64,000 nt of DNA. It comes from Pseudomonadota bacterium. Lineage in GTDB: Bacteria > Pseudomonadota > Gammaproteobacteria > Xanthomonadales > Rhodanobacteraceae. How positions within the stretch are numbered: position 1 is the first letter of the stretch; every line of letters begins with the position of its first letter. Positions 20,280 through 29,648 of the stretch are shown piece by piece. A program made the position numbers and the translations under genes. The notes under the pieces are model-generated. The model did no database searches. It was not told the origin of the DNA and worked only from the letters and a program-made list of their open reading frames with translations. The stretch spans positions 836 to 64,835 of the forward strand of contig JAEWGO010000006.1 of assembly GCA_023388255.1 (NCBI GenBank), read 5' to 3'.

Positions 20280-20317
20280 GAAACGAAAAACCCGCCATTG
20301 GCGGGTTTTTTCGTTTC
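20280..20317. terminator. Bidirectional rho-independent terminator
   Basis: GAAACGAAAAACCCGCC-att-GGCGGGTTTTTTCGTTTC, between the tRNA and a convergent gene. Confidence 0.88.
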
Positions 20318-20424
20318 CGAAGTTCGCCGGTCATGGCAACGAGGCGGGGCATGCGCGGCTGCGCGCAGTGGTCGGTGTCACGACCTCCGTGGGCTGGCGG
20401 CGAATCCGATGCCCGCAACCGGAA

Positions 20425-21966
20425 CTACCGGCGTCGCGCTCCGCCTCGCAATTGCGTCGTGACGGCAAGCGCAGCCAACAGGGCCACCATGCACACCGCC
20501 CCCCATCCGGACACGGTGGGTACCGGCGCCGCCATCTGTGCTGGTGGCGGCGCCTGTCGTTCGTATGCGCCGATGTCGGCTGCGGCGCCGGATACGCGCG
20601 CGAATGGTGCCCCGCGCTGGTCATAGGCGTTCGCCAGCGGATTGGCGCCGGCATCGATTGCAGGGCTATCTTCCAGCAACGCATGCGTGCGCGTCAGGCC
20701 GCCGTTGAAAGCGAGCGGACCGAGTTGCGGATCGATATCGCGCGTATCCGGCGGCAGATCGAGGTTCGGACTGTAGCTGCCGACCAGATTGTGGCTGCCG
20801 CCTACCGTGGCGGTGGTGGTCTGCAGCGGTTGAGCCTGCACGTCCGGAAAGCTGGCGACGAGCGGGTCGGTACTGTCCACCGCTGCGTTGCCGTGCACGA
20901 TGCTGCTGTTGAACGACGATCCGTCGGCCGCAAGCCAGACGCCTCCGCCGACGCCGCGGTTCGCGGTCACCGTGCTGTTGTCGAGCTGCATGGCCGATGG
21001 CCAACGCAGGAATACGCCGCCGCCGGCGCCGCTCGCCGCGACGTTGCCGGAGATCGTGCTGTTCGATACCTGGATGCTGGTGAACGTGGCGATGCCGCCG
21101 CCGCGGCCTTGGCTGACATTCGAATCGATCGTCGAGCCGCTGATCTGGCCGCCGCGCACGCTGATCACGCCGCCGCCGATGTCGTAGCTGGTGCGACCGA
21201 CGTTGACATGGTGCTCGGCGCGATTGCCGCTGACCGTGCTGTCGACGAATTGCATCAGGTAGACGAACGCGGCGCCACCGAACGCCGCGGTGCCGGCGTC
21301 CTCGTGCACGCCGTTGGCCACGTTGCCGGACAGCGTGCTGTTGGACAAGGTCAGCGCATACGCATAGATCGCGCCGCCGTAGGCGCCTTCGCCGCCGGCG
21401 TAGCAGCTGCTGACCATGCTGTCGGTAAGCGTGAGGTAGCCGGCCGAGGCGATGCAGCCGCCGCCGGCGACATGGAAACCTGTGGCGCGGTCGCGGCCGT
21501 TGCGGATCGTCAGCGCATTCAGTGCCAATTCGCCATGCCCGGGATGGATGAAGACGCGATCGGCGGCGTTGCCGTCGATCGCCAATACACCGCGGCCGGG
21601 GCCGGTCAGCGTCAGATTGTCCAACGGAACCGGAATCGCCCCGGTCTGCAGCGTGATCGTGCCGCAATGGAGCGTGGTCAGGTCGATCGTGTCGCCATCC
21701 GCTGCCGCCGCGACCGCTGCGCGCAGGCTGCCGGGGCCGTCATCAGCGCAGGTGGTCACCGTCAGCGCGGAACCGGGTGTCGCGGGGCGGTGCCGGCTCG
21801 GCGCCGGAAAGTCCGCAAAGATGCGATGTGCCGGCTCGGCACGCAACGCGACCCGCGCGTTGTCGGCTGCCTGCGCCGCAATGTTGCCGGCCGCGAGCGC
21901 GCCCATCAAAGCGATCGCCAGCGGCGTGCTGCGCAGCGACTGGAATGGATGAACGGATGCCGGCAT
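20425..21966 (-). CDS. Secreted beta-helix / choice-of-anchor-Q-type protein with an IPTL-CTERM-like sorting tail
   Basis: Signal peptide, 'VTTCADDGPGSLRAAV', repeated 'STISGN...GGG' turns, 'DPQLGPLAFNGGLTRTHALLEDSPAIDAG...DQRG...DIGAYE', and the tail 'PVPTVSGWG'-TM-'RGGARRR'. Confidence 0.85.
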   Translation of the reverse strand: MPASVHPFQSLRSTPLAIALMGALAAGNIAAQAADNARVALRAEPAHRIFADFPAPSRHRPATPGSALTVTTCADDGPGSLRAAVAAAADGDTIDLTTLHCGTITLQTGAIPVPLDNLTLTGPGRGVLAIDGNAADRVFIHPGHGELALNALTIRNGRDRATGFHVAGGGCIASAGYLTLTDSMVSSCYAGGEGAYGGAIYAYALTLSNSTLSGNVANGVHEDAGTAAFGGAAFVYLMQFVDSTVSGNRAEHHVNVGRTSYDIGGGVISVRGGQISGSTIDSNVSQGRGGGIATFTSIQVSNSTISGNVAASGAGGGVFLRWPSAMQLDNSTVTANRGVGGGVWLAADGSSFNSSIVHGNAAVDSTDPLVASFPDVQAQPLQTTTATVGGSHNLVGSYSPNLDLPPDTRDIDPQLGPLAFNGGLTRTHALLEDSPAIDAGANPLANAYDQRGAPFARVSGAAADIGAYERQAPPPAQMAAPVPTVSGWGAVCMVALLAALAVTTQLRGGARRR

Positions 21967-22026
21967 GCGATCTCCCCTCGCCGTAATGTCGTCCTGACTA
22001 TACGGCTTGCGGCACCGGGATCGGAC

Positions 22027-22057
22027 ACGTGCCGCGGCGAAAGACGTGCCGCGGCGA
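22027..22057. repeat. 14-bp direct repeat ACGTGCCGCGGCGA x2
   Basis: Copies at 22027-22040 and 22044-22057, between the rpiA stop and the start of the surface-protein gene. Confidence 0.8.
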
Positions 22058-22061
22058 CACT

Positions 22062-22709
22062 TCAGCGCATTTCCTCTGCGCCGATGAGCACGACATCGGC
22101 CGGGCGTTGCGCAAACAGCCCGACCGTGACGACGCCGGCGATCTGGTTCAGATCGCGCTCCAGCCCGACCGGATCGGCGATGCGCAGGCCATGCACGTCG
22201 AGGATCCAGTTGCCGTTGTCGGTGACTACGCCGTCGCGCCAGACCGGCTGGCCGCCGTGGCGGACGATCTGGCGCGCGACGTGGCTGCGCGCCATCGGAA
22301 TCACCTCGACCGGCAACGGGAAGCGACCGAGCACATCGACGCGCTTGCTCGGATCGATGATGCAGATGAACCGGCCCGCGGTCGCGGCGATGATCTTCTC
22401 GCGCGTAAGCGCACCGCCGCCACCCTTGATCAGGCGGCGCTGCGCATCGCATTCGTCGGCGCCGTCGATGTATAGCGGAATTTCGCCGGTTGCATTGAGG
22501 TCGAGCACGGCGATGCCGCGTTCCGTGAGCAGGCGCGTGGATTGCTCGGAACTCGATACCGCGCCTTCGATGTCGTGCCTGCGCTCGGCCAGTGCGTCGA
22601 TGAAGTGGGCGACCGTCGAGCCGGTGCCGACGCCGACGATCATGCCGTTCTCGACATAGCGCATCGCCGCGCGACCTGCGAGGCGCTTTCCCTCGTCGTT
22701 GCTGCTCAT
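22062..22709 (-). CDS. rpiA: Ribose-5-phosphate isomerase A
   Basis: 'GVGTGSTV', 'YIDGADE', '[14 protein letters not shown]', 'VTDNGN'. Confidence 0.97.
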   Translation of the reverse strand: MSSNDEGKRLAGRAAMRYVENGMIVGVGTGSTVAHFIDALAERRHDIEGAVSSSEQSTRLLTERGIAVLDLNATGEIPLYIDGADECDAQRRLIKGGGGALTREKIIAATAGRFICIIDPSKRVDVLGRFPLPVEVIPMARSHVARQIVRHGGQPVWRDGVVTDNGNWILDVHGLRIADPVGLERDLNQIAGVVTVGLFAQRPADVVLIGAEEMR

Positions 22710-22769
22710 GATTGGGTGTTGTCCGAGAAGTGAGTCGATATCGTTTGTTGATGCATTGCCGAATCCCGG

Positions 22770-23222
22770 CTATTCGAGCGCCAGGATCGCATTCCACTGC
22801 GCCTTCGTGACCGGCAGCACCGACAGGCGGTTGCCTCGCTGAAGCAAGGCGAAGCCTTCCAGTTCCGGTCGCAACTTGAGCTCGGTCAGCGTGACTGTGC
22901 GCTTCAGCCGGCGCTTGAAGCTGACGTCGACCATCATCCAGCGCGGATTCTCCGGCGTGCTGCCGGCATCGAAATAATCGCTCTTGCGGTCGAACTGGGT
23001 CGGATCCGGGTAGGCCTCGGCCGCGACCTCGGCCACGCCGACTACGCCGGGCTCGGCACAACTGGAGTGGTAGAACAGAACGCCGTCGCCGGGCTTCATG
23101 CCGTCGCGCATGAAATTGCGCGCCTGGTAATTGCGCACGCCGGTCCACGGCTCGGTGCCGGTGCGTTCGAGGTCGTCGATCGAGAACGCATCGGGCTCGG
23201 ATTTCATCAACCAGTAGTGCAT
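22770..23222 (-). CDS. EVE domain protein
   Basis: 'YWLMKSEPDAFSIDDL...WTGVRNYQARNFMR...FYHSS', 'RLSVLPV'. Confidence 0.95.
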   Translation of the reverse strand: MHYWLMKSEPDAFSIDDLERTGTEPWTGVRNYQARNFMRDGMKPGDGVLFYHSSCAEPGVVGVAEVAAEAYPDPTQFDRKSDYFDAGSTPENPRWMMVDVSFKRRLKRTVTLTELKLRPELEGFALLQRGNRLSVLPVTKAQWNAILALE

Positions 23223-23267
23223 GGGTTGCTTCCTCGCAAGGCTGCGGACTTTAGCGGCCGGCCGCAA

Positions 23268-23903
23268 TCATGCGACCGGGGCGGTGAGATCGATCAGCTC
23301 GCGTTCGGTGGCGACGTAGTCCAGCCGCACGTCCCACGGGCAAGTCTCGATCGCATCGACTTCCTGCGCTGCGTAACCGATGCCGACCAACACCGGTTTG
23401 GCGACATCCGCGCGATCGCGCAGGAACGCGAAGCTGCGATCGTAGTAGCCGCCGCCAAAGCCGAGACGATGGCCGGCGCGGTCGAAACCGACCAGCGGAA
23501 GCAGCACCACGTCGAGCTGGTCCGGTGGCAGCAGATCGTCTTCCGCGCAGACCGGCTCGGGAATGCCATAGCGATTCGTAGCCAGTTCGATGCGCGGCTG
23601 CCACGGTGCGAAACGCAGCAAGCGATCCGCGCCAACCACCGGCAGGTGCCAGGCCTGGCCACGCGCACGCACGCCTTGCATCAGCGCCGCCAATGGCAAT
23701 TCGCCCGCGACTGCCCAGTAGCCGGCGATGCGACGATCGGTCAGGAACTCCGGAACCTGCTCGAGCTGTGCCACCAGTCCCTGCGCTGCGTTGATCCGCT
23801 CGGCAGGCGTCAGCCGTTCGCGCCGCAGCCGCAATTGCTTGCGCAACGCCAGACGCATTTCGTTTGCGGGGGAAGAAGATGAGACGGGCATGTCCGTTGG
23901 CAT
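23268..23903 (-). CDS. ygfA: 5-formyltetrahydrofolate cyclo-ligase; start uncertain (23903 or 23891)
   Basis: 'NRYGIPEP', 'VLLPLVGFD...RLGFGGGYYDR', 'WDVRLD'; lies downstream of 6S RNA. Confidence 0.93.
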   Translation of the reverse strand: MPTDMPVSSSSPANEMRLALRKQLRLRRERLTPAERINAAQGLVAQLEQVPEFLTDRRIAGYWAVAGELPLAALMQGVRARGQAWHLPVVGADRLLRFAPWQPRIELATNRYGIPEPVCAEDDLLPPDQLDVVLLPLVGFDRAGHRLGFGGGYYDRSFAFLRDRADVAKPVLVGIGYAAQEVDAIETCPWDVRLDYVATERELIDLTAPVA

Positions 23904-24093
23904 CGCATGCCCCAGGCGGTTCAGGCTTCCAATCGACCGAACGACTGCGTGAGTCGAAGCCTGCTGTTCATCGAAAAGTGCGGCCATGGATGGCCGCTGG
24001 TAGACCGTACGAAGACGCGTCGTCGGAAAAGCAGGTCTGCGCTTCGCCGAAGCAGCGATCAAGGACGACCGCAAAAGCAAAGCAAAAAATAAA

Positions 24094-24283
24094 GATGTCC
24101 TCCGCCATGTCGGTGCGCATCGAACGACCTTGATCCAGAGGGATCAGGTGGGAGGGCTGACGGGGCCTTCAGGCTTTCCGCACAGGGCGGACATGCACAC
24201 CAGCTTCCGTTTCGTCGTCCCGGGTCGTCTATAGGAACAAGGCAATATGTAAGAGTGCGCTGCCGGGCACCGCAGAGGACACC
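24094..24283 (-). ncRNA. ssrS: 6S RNA
   Basis: About 190 nt between zapA and ygfA, the canonical position. The ends pair (GGTGTCCTCTGC...GCGGAGGACATC), and it contains CCTTG, GGTGTGCATGTCCG and AAGCCTGAA elements typical of proteobacterial 6S RNA. Confidence 0.9.
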
Positions 24284-24288
24284 TGCAG

Positions 24289-24591
24289 CTATTGTAGTGA
24301 CGTGGCGAACGCGCGTTCAAGCTTCGCGTTCAGCGCCTGCAGGTTCTCTGCCAAGCGCTGCGACTCGGCCGATCCGCGCTGACGCTCGTCGAGAAGCTCG
24401 TGACTGATGTTGAGCGCGGCGAGGATCGCGATGCGGTCTAGCGGCGCAGTGCGTGCATTGTTGCGCATCTCGCGCATCTTCGTGTCGAGATAGCGCGCCG
24501 CTTCGAGCAGGCCTGCGCGTTCCTCCGGGCGGCAGGCGACCAGGAACTCGCGATCGAGGATGCTTACGGATACGGGTTCGCTGGCGCTCAT
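24289..24591 (-). CDS. zapA: Cell division protein ZapA
   Basis: 'VSILDREFLVAC', 'AARYLDTKM', 'RIAILAALNISHELL'. Confidence 0.95.
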   Translation of the reverse strand: MSASEPVSVSILDREFLVACRPEERAGLLEAARYLDTKMREMRNNARTAPLDRIAILAALNISHELLDERQRGSAESQRLAENLQALNAKLERAFATSLQ

Positions 24592-24616
24592 CGCGAAGCC
24601 TGCGCGGGGAACGGAA

Positions 24617-24835
24617 TCATGCGTGGTTCTGCTCCAGCGACTTCAGGCGCATGATCATCGCTTCGACCCGCGAGCGCGCCTGCTCGTTGCGCGCGAGCAG
24701 TTGCGCACGTTCGGTGGCGAGTTGCTCTTGGCTGTGGCGCAGGCTGCGGTTTTCATCCTGCAGCGTGCGGCACAGTTCGAGCAGCCGGTCGAGGCGTTCG
24801 CCGATCGCCAGCAGGCTTTGCTCATGCGCGGACAT
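24617..24835 (-). CDS. TIGR02449-family (ZapB-like) coiled-coil protein
   Basis: 72-aa coiled coil 'ENRSLR...ERAQLLARNEQARSRVEAMIMRLKSLE', upstream of zapA. Confidence 0.9.
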   Translation of the reverse strand: MSAHEQSLLAIGERLDRLLELCRTLQDENRSLRHSQEQLATERAQLLARNEQARSRVEAMIMRLKSLEQNHA

Positions 24836-24922
24836 GTGCCGGAATATAGCATCGCGGCCGCGCGCATTGTCATTCCACCGCAGGCGCCGCCGCGCTCCCT
24901 GCGGACAGGCCGCCGGAACGGC

Positions 24923-27900
24923 CTATTGCGGCGTCGTGCCGAGCATCTGGCCGCGCTTGCGTGCGCTCTCGGTCAGGAACGCCAGGCATTGCGCGGGTGG
25001 CAACGGGAACGCCAACCAGTGGCCCTGGATCTCGTCGCAGTCCTGCTCGCGCAGGTACTCGACCTGTTCGGCGCTCTCGACGCCTTCGGCGACCACGTTG
25101 AGTCCGAGCGAATGTGCCATCGCGATCACGGTCGCGGTTATCGCCTCGTCGTCGGGATCAGTGGTGATATCGCCGACGAATTCCTTGTCGATCTTCAGCG
25201 TGTCGATGGGCAGGCGCTTGAGATAGCTCAGCGACGAATAGCCGGTACCGAAATCGTCGATCGCGAGGGTCACGCCCACCGCCTTGAGCCGGCGCAAGGT
25301 CGTGATCGACTGCTCCGCATTCGCCATTACCATGCTTTCGGTGAGTTCGAGTTCGATCTGGTTCGGCGCGATGTCGTGCTCGGCCAGCACGTCGCACAGG
25401 CGCCGGATCAGGTCGCCGCGCAGCAGTTGCGCCACCGACACGTTGATCGACATCGTGATGTCGCGGATGCCGGCATCGCGCCAGCGGGCGAGCTGCGCGC
25501 AGGCCTGCGCGACGACCCAGTCGCCGATCTCGATGATCATGCCGGTTTCCTCGGCAATCGGGATGAACACGCCCGGCGAGACGTTTCCAAGATCGCCGCT
25601 ACGCCAGCGCAGCAGCGCTTCGACGCCGGTGATGCGTTCGTCGAGCAGCGACAGTTTGGGTTGGTACACGAGCGAAAGTTCGTTGCGTTCGAGTGCCTTG
25701 CGCAGCGCCGCCACCGTGGTCGCGCGCAGGCGCGCGGCGGCGTCCATCGCTTCGGTATAGATCATCCATGTCTTGCGGCCGTGATCCTTGGCCTGGTACA
25801 TCGCGGTGTCGGCGAACTTCAGCAGATCGGTCGGCACCTGGCCGTGGTCCGGATACAGGCTGATGCCGATCGAGGGCGAGATCACGACCTCCTGGCCGCT
25901 GTCGAGCTCCAGCGGCTGCTCGAACGCGGCGATGATCTTGTCGGCGATGCGCTCGGCTTCGGATTTGCCTGGGATGTCCTCCAGCACGACCGTGAACTCG
26001 TCGCCGCCGAAGCGCGCCACCGAATCACCTTCGCGCACGACCTGGCGCAGGCGGCTGCCGGCCGCCTTCAGCATGCGATCGCCGGCGGCGTGTCCCATCG
26101 AATCGTTGACGTGCTTGAAGCGGTCGAGATCGATGAACAACACCGCCACCTTGTGGCCGCCGCGGCGCGCACGAATGATCGCGTGGCCGATGCGCTCGCT
26201 CGCCAGGGTGCGGTTCGGCAACCCGGTCAGTGCGTCGTAGTTGGCGAGGTAGCGCAGTTCCTGTTCGGTGCGCTTGCGATCGGTGATGTCGGAAATCACG
26301 TTGACATAGTGCGTGCGCACGCCGTTGCCGTCGCGTACTTCCGAAACCTCGCTCCAGCTCAGGAACTCGTCGCCGTACTTGCGCCGCTGCCACAGTTCGC
26401 CGCGCCAGTGGCCGGTTCGGCGCAACTGGTCGCGGATCGCGAGGTAGTGTTCGGCCGGATGCTGCGCGCAGTTGAGGAGAGCAGTGGAGCGTCCGACGAC
26501 TTCCTCCTCGCGCAGGCCGGTGATGCGCGTGAACGCCGGGTTGACGCTGAGGAAGCGGAACTGCAGATCGCACACGGCGACCGCCTCGTTCATGCTGCGG
26601 ATGACTTCCTGCGCGATGCGCCGCTCGCGTTCGGCGGCGCGCGTAGCGGTGACGTCGCGCGCGGTGCCGCACATGCGCAGCGGCTGGCCGTCGGCATCGC
26701 GCTCGACGATCTTGCCGCGCGCGATCGCCCAGATCCATTCGCCATAGTGGTTGCGCAGGCGGTGTTCCGATTCGAACGTGTCGGTCTGCTGGTTGATGTG
26801 GCGTTCAAGCTGGCGCTCGATGGCGGCGATGTCGTCAGGATGGATGTTTTGCCGGAACCAGGTATAGGTGAGCACGCTCGGTGCGCGCGAGGTGTTGCCC
26901 AACAGGTCGCCGGCGCCTGTGACGGTGAATTCGCCGCGCGGGATGTTCCAGTCCCAGAAATCGTCGCCCGAGCCCCACAGCGCGAGGCGCAGGCGATCCT
27001 CTCGTTCTTTCAGGTCCCGGTGGTGGGCCGCATCCTCGCCGCGCCGGCGGCGCAGCGCACGCCGCCACAGCAGCGCCGCGATCACCGCCAGCAACAGATA
27101 GAGCGCCTTGACCGCCAGGTTGTCCCACCATGGCGCTTCCATGCGTAGCGGGATGCTGGCGATGTGCTCGTTCCAATAGCCGTCATGATTGCTTGCGCGC
27201 ACCTTGAAGGTGTAAGTGCCGGGCGCGAGGTTGGTATAGGTCGCGTCATGGCGCGCACCGGCATCCACCCAGTGCTCGTCGAAACCTTCCAGCTGGTAGG
27301 CGAAGCGGTTCAGGTCTGGCGCAGTGAAATCGAGTGCGGCGAAACCGAAACTGACGACGCGGTCTTCCGGCGGGATGCGCAACTCCGAGCCAGCGGAGGG
27401 CACGCGCCCGACGCGATTGCCAATGCGCACGTTGGTGATCACGATCGGCGCCGCGTAACGGCTGCCGACGATCGCCTGCGGCGAAAACAGGTTGATGCCG
27501 TCGACGCCACCGAAGGCGAGATCGCCGTCGCGCAGCACGGCATATGCGCCGCCGTTGAACTCCATGCCCTGCAGGCCGTCGGCGATCGTGAAGGCGCGGA
27601 ACACGCCGGTCTTGCGGTCGAACGTGCTGATGCCGCGGTTGGTGCTCAGCCACAGACGGCCGAGCTGGTCGTCGGCCATCGCATAAACGGTGCCGTTCGG
27701 CAGGCCGTCTCGCGGTAGCCAGCGCGTGAAGGTCGCGTGTTGCTCGTCAAGCGCATCGAGGCGGCTCAGGCCGGCCTGGGTGCCGATCCACAGCTCGCCG
27801 TCCGCGGTCTGCTGGATCGACCGTACGAGGTTGGAAACCAGCGAGCGCGCGTCGCCCGGATCGTTGAGAAAGGTGCGGACGTGGCTGCGTTCCGGCTCGA

Positions 27901-29533
27901 TCACGCTGAGCCCGCGCCGCGTGCCGGCCCAGATGCGGCCGGAACGATCCTCGTACAGCGCCAGTACGTGATCATCGGCGAGGTCGCCGATCACGTTGTC
28001 CGCGCTATCCTGGCGGTAGCTTGTCCAGTTTCGCGTCGCCGGGTCATAGCGTTGGACGCCGGCGAATGTCAGGCCGATCCATATCGAGCCGTCGTGTGCG
28101 CGGATCAGCGCGCGCACATCGCGATCGGTCAGGCCGCGCGTACCACCGGGGTCCTGCGCCAGGAACGCCGCCGTCCGTCGCGCCGGATCGACCAGTGCGA
28201 CGCCGCGGTTGGTCGCGACCCAGAGCCGGTCGTCGCCGCCGTCCGCGATCGCGACGACATTGATCCTCGCGCCACGCGGGCTTTCCTTGAGGCCTTGCAG
28301 AAGCAGGTCGGTGAAGTATTCGAAGCGGTTCGCGGCCGCGTCGTAGCGCTTCAGTCCGTCGCCGTCGGTGCCGATCCAGAGACCGCCGCTGCGATCCTGG
28401 AACAGCGCGCGCACGTAGTTCGATGCAGTGCGCTCGCGCGCCGGATTGCGGTCGGCGACATAGCGGAACAGCGCGCCGTTCGGATTGACCTTGAGTACCC
28501 CGCGCTCCGCGGTGCCGACCCACAGCAGGCCGGAGCGGTCGAGCGTGAGATTGAGAATGGTCGCGTCGGGCAGGCTGCCATCGATGTCGGAGCCGGGGCG
28601 CAGCCATTGCGTGCGCCCGTCGGTCGGGTCGAGCACGGCCAGCCCCTCGCGCGGAACGGCCAGCCACAGCCGCCCGCGGGGATCTTCGGTGATGGCTGTC
28701 ACCGGCGTTGCGCCTTCCGCCGGCCATGCCAGGCTGGCACGGCCATCCCGCCCGACGCGATACAGACCGTTGGCCGTACCGATGAGCATTTGCCCACCGG
28801 GTCCATTGTGCATCGCGCGGGCGTCGTCGATCGATTCGGCCGCGATGCGCTCCGGCATGCCTGCATTCGGCGCGAGTCGCCACAGGCCGGTCGAGCTGGC
28901 GATCCATAGGCAGCCGTCGGCGTCGAGACGGAGTTGGCGTATGCGCGTGCCGCGCGCATCGCCGGTCGCGGTCGGCGCGGCGAACGACAGCTTGCGCACG
29001 GTATGGCCATCGGCGGGATCGAGCAGCGCGACGCCAGCCTCGCTTCCGACCCATAAACCGCGCACCGGATCGAACAGCAACGCATGCACGCCGCGGGTGC
29101 CCGGAAGCGACTCGCCCGCGCTTGCGTCCACGTGGCGGAAACCCTCATCTGCACGGTTGCGGCGATACAAGCCTTCCGCACCAGTACCGATCCAGAGATT
29201 GCCGCTCGCGTCTTCCGCCAGGGCCGTTATCGGACCCTCCGGCGCGCTGTCCGCGTTGTCGTCGGAATGCTCGAAATTGTTGAAGCGGTATCCGTCGTAT
29301 TGCTGCAGACCGCTGGCGGTGCCGAACCAGATGAAGCCGGTGCGATCCTGCAGCAGCGCAATGATCGAGTTCTGCGCCAGCCCCTGCTCGGTGCCGATCG
29401 TTTCGAAGAAAAAATCGCGCCGGATCGCCTCGGCATGCAGCAGCGCCGACCACGCCATGCTCACGGCAAACAGGCACGCGCGCCAGCGCGAACATGACCA
29501 TGGCCGGATCGAGCGCGATGCCGAAACGTTCAT
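24923..29533 (-). CDS. Sensor diguanylate cyclase/phosphodiesterase (beta-propeller-Y_Y_Y-TM-PAS-PAS-GGDEF-EAL); start approximate
   Basis: Repeated 'DxxGxLWIGT' propeller blades, 'ATYTNLAPGTYTFKVRASNHDG', a TM helix, PAS domains, 'REGD...ARFGGDEF', 'VEALLRW', 'ELTES', 'DDFGTGYSS'. Confidence 0.93.
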   Translation of the reverse strand: MNVSASRSIRPWSCSRWRACLFAVSMAWSALLHAEAIRRDFFFETIGTEQGLAQNSIIALLQDRTGFIWFGTASGLQQYDGYRFNNFEHSDDNADSAPEGPITALAEDASGNLWIGTGAEGLYRRNRADEGFRHVDASAGESLPGTRGVHALLFDPVRGLWVGSEAGVALLDPADGHTVRKLSFAAPTATGDARGTRIRQLRLDADGCLWIASSTGLWRLAPNAGMPERIAAESIDDARAMHNGPGGQMLIGTANGLYRVGRDGRASLAWPAEGATPVTAITEDPRGRLWLAVPREGLAVLDPTDGRTQWLRPGSDIDGSLPDATILNLTLDRSGLLWVGTAERGVLKVNPNGALFRYVADRNPARERTASNYVRALFQDRSGGLWIGTDGDGLKRYDAAANRFEYFTDLLLQGLKESPRGARINVVAIADGGDDRLWVATNRGVALVDPARRTAAFLAQDPGGTRGLTDRDVRALIRAHDGSIWIGLTFAGVQRYDPATRNWTSYRQDSADNVIGDLADDHVLALYEDRSGRIWAGTRRGLSVIEPERSHVRTFLNDPGDARSLVSNLVRSIQQTADGELWIGTQAGLSRLDALDEQHATFTRWLPRDGLPNGTVYAMADDQLGRLWLSTNRGISTFDRKTGVFRAFTIADGLQGMEFNGGAYAVLRDGDLAFGGVDGINLFSPQAIVGSRYAAPIVITNVRIGNRVGRVPSAGSELRIPPEDRVVSFGFAALDFTAPDLNRFAYQLEGFDEHWVDAGARHDATYTNLAPGTYTFKVRASNHDGYWNEHIASIPLRMEAPWWDNLAVKALYLLLAVIAALLWRRALRRRRGEDAAHHRDLKEREDRLRLALWGSGDDFWDWNIPRGEFTVTGAGDLLGNTSRAPSVLTYTWFRQNIHPDDIAAIERQLERHINQQTDTFESEHRLRNHYGEWIWAIARGKIVERDADGQPLRMCGTARDVTATRAAERERRIAQEVIRSMNEAVAVCDLQFRFLSVNPAFTRITGLREEEVVGRSTALLNCAQHPAEHYLAIRDQLRRTGHWRGELWQRRKYGDEFLSWSEVSEVRDGNGVRTHYVNVISDITDRKRTEQELRYLANYDALTGLPNRTLASERIGHAIIRARRGGHKVAVLFIDLDRFKHVNDSMGHAAGDRMLKAAGSRLRQVVREGDSVARFGGDEFTVVLEDIPGKSEAERIADKIIAAFEQPLELDSGQEVVISPSIGISLYPDHGQVPTDLLKFADTAMYQAKDHGRKTWMIYTEAMDAAARLRATTVAALRKALERNELSLVYQPKLSLLDERITGVEALLRWRSGDLGNVSPGVFIPIAEETGMIIEIGDWVVAQACAQLARWRDAGIRDITMSINVSVAQLLRGDLIRRLCDVLAEHDIAPNQIELELTESMVMANAEQSITTLRRLKAVGVTLAIDDFGTGYSSLSYLKRLPIDTLKIDKEFVGDITTDPDDEAITATVIAMAHSLGLNVVAEGVESAEQVEYLREQDCDEIQGHWLAFPLPPAQCLAFLTESARKRGQMLGTTPQ

Positions 29534-29648
29534 CGATACCAATGTTCCGCGATCAGGCCTGCCAGTGTAGGCAAATGCCGCCTGCCACGCCAAGGGCGCG
29601 CAGGCTCCGGGTAAACTGGCGGCCACCTTGTCATAGAGCCGTCGTCCG

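Noticed and set aside
20161..21966. Integrative element at tRNA-Gln
   Set aside because: No integrase in the window, I saw no duplicate of the tRNA 3' end, and the native terminator directly follows the tRNA.
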